Assembly: GCA_038042445.1 (NCBI GenBank)
Contig: JBBTED010000072.1
Coordinates: 6,287-70,286 of the forward strand
Direction of reading: 5' to 3'
Length of the DNA stretch: 64,000 nt
DNA from: Candidatus Firestoneibacteriota bacterium
GTDB lineage: Bacteria; Oederibacteriota; D2-FULL-39-29; JBBTED01
Shown here: piece after piece, positions 33,141 to 42,900 of the stretch
Position numbering within the stretch: the first letter of the stretch is position 1
Layout of the letters: the number at the start of each line of letters is the position of its first letter
Translations under genes and position numbers: made by a program
Notes under the pieces: generated by a model
The model's database searches: none
What the model was told of the DNA's origin: nothing
What the model saw: only the letters and a program-made list of their open reading frames with translations

Positions 33141-33205
33141 TTTTCCCTTCCAATATTTTTATTTCTTCATTTACTCAAAATCCACATGTTGATTAATAAA
33201 ATCCA

Positions 33206-33460
33206 CTATAGCACCTTGATAAAATTTAATACCTTTACCAAATATATTTTGAGTGTTGTAGTATTTTCTTTGTATTTTCTTTGTATTTTCTCTGATAGTT
33301 TATAACATGTTGATGCAAACTCTTTATTTTCACAATTATCGATTTTTAATCTTTCCATATTTTCTTCATGAAAACCACATCCAAGAAAAAATATATTGCT
33401 TGCCTCTTCCATCGCCTGTTCAGCTAAAGCTAAAACAAGAGAAACATTATCATAAGTTTT
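33206..33460 (-). pseudogene. C-terminal fragment of a SIR2-like/AbiH-like protein
   Basis: AEQAMEEASNIFFLGCGFHEENMERL resembles the C-terminal 'FLGFGF' segment of SIR2-like defence proteins; no N-terminus. Confidence 0.45.
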
Positions 33461-33549
33461 ACTTTGTTACCCCTAAAGAATCTGCAATATTTTGTATAAA
33501 TTTATAGATGTTCTGTTTGATTTAATGCTCGTGACTTATTTTCAATTAT

Positions 33550-33921
33550 TCAATTCTCTTTGTTTATATCAGGAGGCGATACACAAAATGGTGGAGTAAG
33601 CTTGGGATAATCATGTTCAAAAAAAAGTTTGATTCTATTTGCTAATCGTTCAGGTTCATCAGGAGACATTACTAAAATGCCGTAGTGATGTTTTCCTTCT
33701 TGAACCCATCTATTGTGTAAATGTCTAAAATCTCTTCTATTATGAGTTGTCAATATATATTTTCCTTCAACTGCATATTGTAGTTGAAATTCGTCACTAA
33801 CACCTTGATTTTTTACTCTTAATGTATGTATCGCTGTAATTTCATACTCTGATAGTAAATCAACTAAACGAATTGCAATATTCTCATTTAGATAAAGTTT
33901 AGGTTGTTCTATTTTAGGCAT
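33550..33921 (-). CDS. DUF5615 (PIN-like, VapC45-like) toxin
   Basis: LYLNENI, GVSDEFQL, LTTHNRRDF, HHYGILV. Confidence 0.88.
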   Translation of the reverse strand: MPKIEQPKLYLNENIAIRLVDLLSEYEITAIHTLRVKNQGVSDEFQLQYAVEGKYILTTHNRRDFRHLHNRWVQEGKHHYGILVMSPDEPERLANRIKLFFEHDYPKLTPPFCVSPPDINKEN

Positions 33922-34309
33922 TTACTTCTTTCTCTTCCTGCAAATATAAATCAATTTCTTTCGTATGATTTTCATAATACTCAATTGCTGCAATTATTTG
34001 TTGGGTATTCAAGTGTGGGTATTCATCCCTAATCTTTTGAATATCCCAACCTAACAAAAAGTGTAATTCTACAATATTTGTGACAGAAATACGAGTACCC
34101 AAAATTATTGGTTTTCCCTGACATATTTTTGGATTTTTTGTAATAAGCAAAGTTCTAAAAACTGCCTCATTTGCTAATGAGTATCTATTACTATAATATA
34201 TTCCTGTTTGCAGAACTAAAATATTGATTATAGTTGTAGTAGTTGTAGTAGTTCTCCATTTTGTATATTCCAATCCCTTTTCATAGCTTAAAAAAGAAAA
34301 TTTATTCAT
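33914..34309 (-). CDS. DUF433 antitoxin with about 55 aa N-terminal extension
   Basis: NPKICQGKPIILGTRISV ... YPHL...I.AAI.YY; AAGGAG RBS before ATG 34309. Confidence 0.85.
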   Translation of the reverse strand: MNKFSFLSYEKGLEYTKWRTTTTTTTIINILVLQTGIYYSNRYSLANEAVFRTLLITKNPKICQGKPIILGTRISVTNIVELHFLLGWDIQKIRDEYPHLNTQQIIAAIEYYENHTKEIDLYLQEEKEVNA

Positions 34310-34333
34310 AAAATCAAACTCCTTATATAATAT

Positions 34334-35068
34334 TTATTGTAACAAAAGCACTTTTTTGAGATGATTATCTATTATTGAATCTGAAAAGTTCCAAACTTTT
34401 TCTATTTCACTGGGTTCCATTGACCTAGAAAGATTTCTATTGTTAATATCAACACGTACAGTAATAAAAAAAGGATCTGCTATATTCTGTTGTAAATAAT
34501 GAACATTTGTTTGTACATTATAAATATCAGCATTTTCCTTATGATACTTTGCAAAAGAAAGACTAAGTTCTCCAATATCATTGAAATCAGCAGAAAATAA
34601 GTTTTGAAATACCTGTGTTTTATCCTTTTCCTCAAAAGGACCTAAAACTAGCTCATATATTTTACCAGTCCGCTGGCACTGTGAATTTCTAATAATTTCT
34701 TGCACCTTAAACACCCACTGGCATATTTTTTTATTTCTATTGTTATCGTGTTCTTTAATCTCTTTTCCAGAAACTTTAATTGGTAAAAAAAATGAAAAAC
34801 TATCGTTTGAAAGAATAAAAGAAGGGAAAGTAGTTGTATTAGGACCTATTATTAGTTGGCGTAAGACTTGAAATAAACATGAAGAACTTTTCTGTAACGG
34901 TTCATCAAACAATTGAAATACTTCAGAATCTAAATCTACCAATCCATTCTTTAATGCCATTTTTTCAGCATCAGTGAATTCTCTTCTAATAGGTATTCTG
35001 CATCCAAATTGCACACTAAATTGGCAAATTTTTTCGTTTTTAAAAAAATGGTCATTGTTATTCTGCAT
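34334..35068 (-). CDS. Hypothetical protein, TIGR04255-like pattern
   Basis: AGGAGG RBS; QRTGKIYEL and VRVDINN resemble the RIGLRY/LDID elements of TIGR04255; 244 aa. Confidence 0.5.
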   Translation of the reverse strand: MQNNNDHFFKNEKICQFSVQFGCRIPIRREFTDAEKMALKNGLVDLDSEVFQLFDEPLQKSSSCLFQVLRQLIIGPNTTTFPSFILSNDSFSFFLPIKVSGKEIKEHDNNRNKKICQWVFKVQEIIRNSQCQRTGKIYELVLGPFEEKDKTQVFQNLFSADFNDIGELSLSFAKYHKENADIYNVQTNVHYLQQNIADPFFITVRVDINNRNLSRSMEPSEIEKVWNFSDSIIDNHLKKVLLLQ

Positions 35069-35190
35069 TTTTTCCTCCTTTGTTAAAAGTCAAATATTTT
35101 CTCTCTTTTATCAGGTAATATATCTTTACTGTTTTTAATAGTATCACTTTTCCTTTAAAACTACAATAAAAAACGCGATTTCAAAAAGTC

Positions 35191-37572
35191 TCATTTTGAT
35201 TTCTCAACTATTTTTATTTCTTCTTCTGTTAAACCGTATAATTCATACACCATTTGGTCAATTTGGTGTTCGTATTCTTTGACTTTTGCTTGCTTGGTAG
35301 AATTGGTTAAATAATTTCCCTCTTGTCCCCCTTTATTAAAGGGGGATGAAGGGGGATTTGTTATTGCAAGAATTTTATCTACAAGTTCAATAAATGGTTT
35401 TTGCTCGATTTCAGAAATTTTTGGAATAGGAAGTTGTTCAATCGAAACCTTGCTATATTTATAACCATTTCTACCTAAAGTATTTCCAACATAATATTTT
35501 CTAAAAAACGTATCAATTGGTTTTGAATTAAGTAAAGCAATAAGATATTTGAGATTTTTCCCTACCATAATAAACCCTGTATCTAAACAGTATAATTTAT
35601 CTGTAGCATAAGTAAATGAAGACTCCTGAACTATAAGTTGCCACACAATTTTCTCTTTTTCAAATTCTCCATAATAATCACAACCTCTTAACTCATACCA
35701 TTTCTTTTTGCCGTATTTTGCTTCCCAAACCTGTTCTAATTGACTTTTATATTGTTTCAAATAATTATAAATTGCTTCATATTTTTTTATATCTATATCA
35801 GCATAAGAATAAATTAAATAATACCCTTTATATTCATGATGCCATTTATTTATATCCCTGCCTCTTAAAATCGGTTTTAAAATCTCTTTAGATTTTGGGT
35901 CTTCTTTACACAATCTTTCTTTTGTTTCATTATCAATAATAAATGCTTCATTTAAACCTGTAGTAACACCTCTGTATATTTTTACATTACAATCTTTCAA
36001 TGGAATACCTATTTTTTCAATCTTCTTTTTTAACGCCAGCACTTTATCATCTGCTAAAGTCCAACCGGAATCAGAAAATTCATTTTGTTTGATAGATTGA
36101 TGCTTTTTATACGCATATTCATCCAGATTTTCACCCGTAAAGTCGTTTCCAATATTGATATAGGTAGCAATATATTCAAATTGTGGTTTTGTCTTTTGAA
36201 ACAAAAGGATATTGGTATCAACAGTAGCAGTCTCAAATACTTTATGCCCACCAAAATCAATTATATTTACTACTTTAGTATTTGTCTTAAAAAAGTTACG
36301 CAGTTTTTCACCATATTTTGCTCTCATCCATTTATTACTTGAGATAAAACAAGAATAACCTTTTGGGCTAAGAATATGATAACTTCTTTCATAAAAATAA
36401 GTGTAAAGGTCAGAAGTTGAATTATAAATTTCATACCCCTGTCTTTGTAATGCCTGTTTATATTCTTTTATATCTTCTTGTCTCACATATGGCGGGTTGG
36501 CAATTACTACGTCAAAGCCACCTTTTTCGTTGAAAACTTCGGCGAAATGTAGTTTCCACAGGAAAAATGGTTTGATGTTAGCTTTTCTGAATTGTCTTAC
36601 TTTTTCTATATCGGATTGCTTGCCTTCTTCTTTTAAGGTTTTTTCAATTAGCTCCCATGTCAGATTTTCTATTTGCTCTTTTAATTTATCTTTTTTTGTT
36701 TTTTGTGTTTCATCTCGGAATTGTTCATGTAAAGATTTTAATAGCTCTGCAGTTTTCTTTGCTTCGCTTAGTTCATCAAAGAAAGTTGTTGCTTCAGGTT
36801 TATTTTTTGGCTGTTTGAGTTGTTTAAGTTCTTTATCTATTGCGATTAGTTCTGAATCCTTTGCTAATAATTCTGCAGGATTTGATTTACCAAAAACATC
36901 TAATTCTTTGTATTTCCTTGAAAGTTTAGATTGTTTTTCTTTTAATTCTTCAAGTTTTTTCTTATCAAAATCTACACCAGTTACATATTTTTCATCAAAT
37001 AGTTTTATGCCTTCAAATTCTTCCAATAAACTATTGCCTTGCATTACCTTATAATCCAAGTTTGGAAGTGGTTTTATATGTTTCATATCTTCTTCATCTA
37101 CTATTAGGGATAACCACATTCTTAGTTTGGCGATTTCTACTGCTCCGGAGTCTATGTCTACACCATAAAGGCAGTTTTGGATTGCGTGGCGTTTGAAGTT
37201 GTAGGGAGTGCGAGATTCTTCGCTTTGCTCAGAATGACAAAAAGAACGGGATTGCTTCACTTCGTTCGCAATGACACTTGTTGTTTTTGCCGATAAATCG
37301 GCAACTACATCACTTGGAATAACAGATACATAAGGATTTAGGGACATACGGGCTTTTACGATTTCGTTCATCATACCAACTGGGAAAGCACCGCTGCCAA
37401 TAGCTGGATCGCAGACTCTTATGTTTTGAAGTTTTTCGTCAATAAGATTAGCGTTGTTTTTAATACTATCTGGTAGCTCTGGTTTATATTTACTGTTTTT
37501 AATTTTACCTGTTTGAATATCCTGTTCCTTCTGGTTGGCAACAGTTTCGCTTTCTAAAGTAGCATCTCCCAT
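35191..37572 (-). CDS. Type IIG/Eco57I-like N6-adenine methyltransferase, C-terminal part (motifs I and IV, TaqI_C-like TRD)
   Basis: VCDPAIGSGAF, YGVDIDSGAVEIAKLR, FDVVIANPPY, IYRGVTTG, LLNSK, IDQMVYELYGLTEEEI. Confidence 0.9.
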   Translation of the reverse strand: MGDATLESETVANQKEQDIQTGKIKNSKYKPELPDSIKNNANLIDEKLQNIRVCDPAIGSGAFPVGMMNEIVKARMSLNPYVSVIPSDVVADLSAKTTSVIANEVKQSRSFCHSEQSEESRTPYNFKRHAIQNCLYGVDIDSGAVEIAKLRMWLSLIVDEEDMKHIKPLPNLDYKVMQGNSLLEEFEGIKLFDEKYVTGVDFDKKKLEELKEKQSKLSRKYKELDVFGKSNPAELLAKDSELIAIDKELKQLKQPKNKPEATTFFDELSEAKKTAELLKSLHEQFRDETQKTKKDKLKEQIENLTWELIEKTLKEEGKQSDIEKVRQFRKANIKPFFLWKLHFAEVFNEKGGFDVVIANPPYVRQEDIKEYKQALQRQGYEIYNSTSDLYTYFYERSYHILSPKGYSCFISSNKWMRAKYGEKLRNFFKTNTKVVNIIDFGGHKVFETATVDTNILLFQKTKPQFEYIATYINIGNDFTGENLDEYAYKKHQSIKQNEFSDSGWTLADDKVLALKKKIEKIGIPLKDCNVKIYRGVTTGLNEAFIIDNETKERLCKEDPKSKEILKPILRGRDINKWHHEYKGYYLIYSYADIDIKKYEAIYNYLKQYKSQLEQVWEAKYGKKKWYELRGCDYYGEFEKEKIVWQLIVQESSFTYATDKLYCLDTGFIMVGKNLKYLIALLNSKPIDTFFRKYYVGNTLGRNGYKYSKVSIEQLPIPKISEIEQKPFIELVDKILAITNPPSSPFNKGGQEGNYLTNSTKQAKVKEYEHQIDQMVYELYGLTEEEIKIVEKSK

Positions 37573-37675
37573 TCTTATGAGTTTCCTGATGTCTTCTGGT
37601 GAAACTACTGGATTAGATCCTGAAACAAGTTCAGGATGACAATCTATTACATCACCCTCACCCTGCCCTCTCCCA

Positions 37676-39001
37676 TCAAGGGAGAGGGAGATAAAGAATC
37701 AGAAGAGAGTTCTGTTGTTGGTAATTTATTAGACTTTCTTGACACATATAATGAACTATTTCTCTTGGGGTATAATATGCGCCTTGTCCTTTTCTTAAAT
37801 TATCTGAGAGCAGGTTTTCAAATACTTTACCAAGCATTTCAGGGTCTATTGCTACTTCTTTTTCAAGTGGTTCATCTTCTCGGACTGTAAAATTATACAA
37901 ATCAAAAACATCAAGAACACCAGAACCTTCGATATCGTTTTTGGTTCTGTTTGAAAATAAATCGTTTGGAAGAATTATATCTGTTTTGCCCCAATCATAA
38001 TTATTTATGGGTTCAAATAAACCGCCATTTAAAAAAGGTATTCTGCATTTGAATTTTTCATAAAAAGCTCTTTCGCCTCTATCTGTGGCTAATGCCTCAT
38101 AAAATAATGGCTCAAGAATATCATTAAAAAAATTATTATAATCGCTGTGTTTCTTTTCAAATAGCTGGCGCAAAAAATTCTTTGGTCCAGTTCCCCAATT
38201 TTTATCTCTTTGGACACCAAACCAACCTTTTTTTTGTAAAAAATATAGAAAAACAATCTGGCCAAGTAATTTTTTGGAAAAATCATCTGTATTAACAACT
38301 TTGTCTGCGAACTCTTTTTGAACAATATTGTCTTCGTTGATTATTTTTTCAATAGCTTTTTTAATTTTCTCATAAAGATCTTTATATTTTCCAAAAAATT
38401 CTTTGGTAACTGTTTCAACATTAAATGCTTCTTCTAATTGCTTTAAATTTGGATTAGTTTTATCGTCTTCAACAATTTCAACGAGTTGCCTTTGAGCAGT
38501 ATGACTATTTTCATTTTTCCCAACCAAAAATGACCAACGTCTTGCAGGTGTGAAATGTTCTTTTATCTTGTGTCTGCCGTTTTTATCCTCTGCCCACCTA
38601 TATTCCATTTTCACCAAAGAAAAACGCCAATCTTCCTCATTTGGCGAAACAAAAGCTACTAATGCAGCATCTTTGAGTTCATTACCTCTGCTTCCATTAA
38701 GATACCAAGCTATGAAATTCCTTTGCATAGTTCTTGCTCGTTCTATTGATGTTTCTTTTTTTAGATGAACTATAAGAATATCTATCTTGTTTTCTCCATC
38801 TGTATATTTCGCAAGTCTTTTCAAAGTACTTATATATTGCTTATAAGGATCTGGAATAATCTTACCGCTATAAGGATGTTTGTGTTCAATTTGTTCAGCT
38901 TTAAGATTGAGAAGATTAATAATAAAATTAATAAATCTCGTTTTATCAAAAGGATTTTCAAATGTTTCTCTTACTATTTTTGATGCTTCTTCTCTTTTCA
39001 T
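37676..39001 (-). CDS. Type IIG/Eco57I-like methyltransferase, N-terminal part, separated from the C-terminal part by a frameshift
   Basis: VTKEFF, IPFLNGGLFE, DPEMLGKVFENLL, GAYYTPREIVHYMC. Confidence 0.88.
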   Translation of the reverse strand: MKREEASKIVRETFENPFDKTRFINFIINLLNLKAEQIEHKHPYSGKIIPDPYKQYISTLKRLAKYTDGENKIDILIVHLKKETSIERARTMQRNFIAWYLNGSRGNELKDAALVAFVSPNEEDWRFSLVKMEYRWAEDKNGRHKIKEHFTPARRWSFLVGKNENSHTAQRQLVEIVEDDKTNPNLKQLEEAFNVETVTKEFFGKYKDLYEKIKKAIEKIINEDNIVQKEFADKVVNTDDFSKKLLGQIVFLYFLQKKGWFGVQRDKNWGTGPKNFLRQLFEKKHSDYNNFFNDILEPLFYEALATDRGERAFYEKFKCRIPFLNGGLFEPINNYDWGKTDIILPNDLFSNRTKNDIEGSGVLDVFDLYNFTVREDEPLEKEVAIDPEMLGKVFENLLSDNLRKGQGAYYTPREIVHYMCQESLINYQQQNSLLILYLPLP

Positions 39002-39040
39002 ACTTTTTCTAAAAGATTTGCTTGTCCATTGTTTTTTTTA

Positions 39041-39060
39041 GCCGATAAATCGGCAACTAC
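39041..39060. repeat. GTAG-type REP, identical to the in-frame copy at 37289-37308
   Basis: gccgataaatcggcaactac. Confidence 0.85.
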
Positions 39061-39089
39061 AATAAATTTAATGATGTATACAGACGTTA

Positions 39090-39911
39090 TCACCTTACTA
39101 TTTTTGTTTTTTCTGGAACTTGCAAATAATTTGATTTTGAAATAATAGGACGTTTTAAACGTTTTTCAAGTTGCTTTCTGGCGTTTCCTGCAATAGAACC
39201 ACCGGCTTTGGCATCACTTTTTAATTTTATGGTGCCTTGTGAGTTTTCATTCCTATGGATTTCTGTAGTGGCACGTTCGCCGAGCATATTAAAAATCAGC
39301 TCAAAATCATCCATATGGTCGCGAAGATTTTCTCGTTTCAGATTTTTAATTTTCTTGTATTGGCTTGGTGTAATTCCAAAAGTTGCTTTAGATATTTCCG
39401 CAGTTAATATTTCATAATCCTTTTCTTCTCTGGCTCCGCGTTTCTTCCATTCATCCGTTAATTCTTCACGAATAGCAATACCTCGCATTCTTTTTTCTAT
39501 CCAATCATTACTGTAACCTTTAAGTTTATAAAGCATTCTGGTTCTTTTTGTAGCAAGTTCTGGATTCTCTATTTCCTGTATTCTTTCATAACCAACTTTT
39601 GCTAACCAACGTTTAAACGGCTCTGCCTTTGGTGATGGAATTGATTGAATTATACGAAAAATACCTTCGGTATTTGCGCAATTAAGCTTTTGCATCCCTC
39701 CCGAGGTTTCTACAGAAAGGGGGGTGGCAATTTGCCCCCACCCTTTTGCAAGCTCGGGGTCCCGCCTTCTCATATCTTTTATATAGCCCTCAGGCTGAAC
39801 AGAATCCGTAAGAACTGATACAACATCCATAATTGCAAACCACCATTCGTTATTGTGTATTGTTCTTCTTACTTTTTTCCCTTTAAATAGTACGATTTTT
39901 GTATCCGTCAT
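39090..39911 (-). CDS. Bro-N domain protein
   Basis: WWFAIMDVV, RIIQSIPSPKAEPFKRWLA, ENLRDHM. Confidence 0.88.
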   Translation of the reverse strand: MTDTKIVLFKGKKVRRTIHNNEWWFAIMDVVSVLTDSVQPEGYIKDMRRRDPELAKGWGQIATPLSVETSGGMQKLNCANTEGIFRIIQSIPSPKAEPFKRWLAKVGYERIQEIENPELATKRTRMLYKLKGYSNDWIEKRMRGIAIREELTDEWKKRGAREEKDYEILTAEISKATFGITPSQYKKIKNLKRENLRDHMDDFELIFNMLGERATTEIHRNENSQGTIKLKSDAKAGGSIAGNARKQLEKRLKRPIISKSNYLQVPEKTKIVR

Positions 39912-39922
39912 ATTATTTCCCC

Positions 39923-42900
39923 CTAGTTTAAATACTCTGATAAAATTATTTCTTTTGGACCGGATGTTTGTGCGGAGTTTTCAGCATAATGGCTTTGTGT
40001 AAATTCTATTGGGATATTTGACTGTAATATTGCTAATATCTTCAAAAAATTCTGCGTGTTTGCTTTATTTAATTCTTGCAATACTTTCTTTGTGGTTTGT
40101 TTTGGCAATCCACCTTCTTCTATCTGGGCAATAAGATTTCTAACATAATTTTCCTGAACATCTGTGAACTGACTCGCTTTTTGTATAACTTTCAAATATT
40201 TTAATACCTGCGTGGCACTATCTCTGCCACCTCTATGTGATGTTTTTGACATATCTTCTATTGTGGCATATTCAAATGCTTTCTTATTTTTTTCAAGCAT
40301 TTCATAGTAATCTTCATTTAGCTTTTGTTGTTTCACATCAGGAGTTGCTTCAAATATTTTGGCAGAGGCAATAAAATCAAGTTCCTGTGATTCTTTTGTT
40401 TTCTCTGCTATAAAAAACTTCTGCAATTTGCCTTTTTTGAAAAATGTTAGGACTGCTTTTTTATTATTTTTTCTTGAAGTTCTTGCTTTCTTAGGCAATT
40501 TTTTTATCTTTTTAAATAATTCTGCATTACTATCTCTAACATCCTTTATAACTCTCCAGTATTTTAATTCACTTTCTCCAACATTATCTTCACCCTCCAC
40601 TGTTTGCTTTGATACCAATTTGTCAAACAAACCATGAGATTCTACTGGCTCGCCTTCAGTTAATAATTTTGCATCCGAACCAAGCATTGATATAAATGCA
40701 TTTACTTTTGCTTTTGCAGCTTCTTCCAATTTTATCTGATCATTTGACTGTTTGGTCGGAAAAAAATTAAATGTATAAATTTCCTTATGCTTTGTATCTA
40801 TTCTGTTTATACGACCTACTCTTTGCATTAACCTTGTAGGATTCCATGGTATATCATAATTTATAACTACATTAGAACGATGCAGATTAACACCTTCAGA
40901 AAGAACTTCTGTAGAAACAAGAATTCTAAAATCATCTTTCTTTTTTCTTGCTTTTGCATCAAAATTATCAATAACTTCATCTTTAATAATTGCACTTGAA
41001 GAACCCGTAAAACACAGGACTCCGCCAGAAACTTTTTTTTCTAAATTCTTACTTATGTATTCAGCAGTTTCCTTTGACTCTGTAAAAAGTATTATTTTGC
41101 TTTCTCTTAGTATTTTATTTGTTTCTAAGTCCTTTGTTAATTCAAGAAGTTTTGGGTCTCTTTTTATAGTACTCCATAAATTCTGTATCTCCTTCAAAAT
41201 AATCAAATCCGATTTTAGATTTTCATAAAATGATTCTTCAAATTTATCAACTGGTATTTTTTGGGCTTTATCTTCATCTATAAGTTTCTGGATAGCTTCA
41301 TCATCATCATTTTCTAAAAGCTCAAAAATCTTACTTGTGTATTTCTTGCTGATATACACAGAGCCCTTGTCATATTCTCTTTTCACCATTTCATAAGAAT
41401 AGATAAATCTGTTTATAGTGTTTTTAAAAGCAAAAAAACTGCTTTCAAGACGTTTTATTAAAAGTATTTTCATCAATTTTCCCATATTGACCTGCGAAAT
41501 ATGTTCTGGTTGTGATATTTTCTCTTTTAGGGAAAGCAAAGGCATATACCTGACATAAGACATCTTTTTTACCACTAATTCAATAGTTTTGCTGAAGATT
41601 TTATCCTCATTTTCATCTAATTGATAATATATTGGTTCGGGCTTTGCTACTTCAGGAAAAGATAGTCCCTGTTTTTCTATATCTTTTGGAAAGTATTCTT
41701 TTATTTCACTTCTTGTTCTTCTAACCATAAGATATTTTAAAACTTTTTCCCTTATTTCTTTGGAATTTTCTCGGACTGTTTTCATATACTCATCGTAATC
41801 TTTCTGCCTATCCAGATTTTCTAATTTTTTCTGCAGGGAAGCAAAAAATCTTTCAAGGTCAGGCAAACCCGGAATTGTGCTCTTTCTGGTATTCTGAAAA
41901 AGTTTAATCTGACTTAAAATATCTTTTGGAGAATTATTATATGGTGTTGCTGTTACTAAAATAATTCTTTTGCCACGGCAAATAACAGCAAGTTTTTCAT
42001 AAGTAATATTTGATTCCGTCCTGAATCTGTGTGCTTCATCTATAATAATATTGGTATATTTTGAAACCCCTTTTTTTATAATATCGTCTAATTTTCCTAA
42101 TGACTCATAATCTGCAGCTTTGTTAAAATCTAAAAATACATTCTTCCACGAACCGGGATTATTACTTTCTAAAAGAATTGGCGGAGCTATTACAAGAGTT
42201 CTACCATCTAACTGATGGGCAAGCATAGCTGCCATATAAGTCTTACCCAAACCAACAACATCAGAAAGAAAAACACCGCCATATTCCAATAGAATCTTTT
42301 TAGCATTTAATACTGCCTGCTCCTGATATTCATACTTTTTAAACTCTTCAGGTACATACTGATAAAACAATTCTTCGCTTTGGCTTAAATCATCCTTGAA
42401 ATACTCATAAAGGAATTTTAGATAAATTTCATAGGGAGTTATATTATTATTTAACCAAGTTCTTTCGTTTACGGTTTCAATATACTTGTCGGATATATCA
42501 ATAGAATTTTTCCACAGTTCTTCAAATTTTTCCAAAGCAAACTGGACATCTGCACTGTTTTTTAATTCTACATTAAACTCCAGATTTCCGCACAATCCTG
42601 AATAAGAAAAATTACTTGAGCCGGTAATTACTTTTCCATAATCTTCACTCTTTGCCATATCTTTCCTGATTATATACACTTTGGCATGAATATCCTGGGA
42701 TGGGTAAGCACGAAATTCCAATTTACCTGTTTTAATAAATTCTATAAACTTTAGCACTCCTAATTCTACTTCTTTATTATTTTCAGATTCTGACATCTCC
42801 TGAATTGTATCATCTGAAAATTTATCTTTTACTTCTTTATGCGACAAATTAATAGTAAGTTGTTCGTTTTTTGCTTTATCAATAAGTTCTTTTGTTTCTG

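Noticed and set aside
37676..37684. prfB-like programmed +1 frameshift
   Set aside because: Context is CCT TGA, not CTT TGA or CCC TGA, and there is no internal Shine-Dalgarno just upstream
37636..37890. 84 aa plus-strand ORF (ITLTLPSPIKGEG)
   Set aside because: Antisense to the methyltransferase; the N-terminus is a translated palindromic repeat
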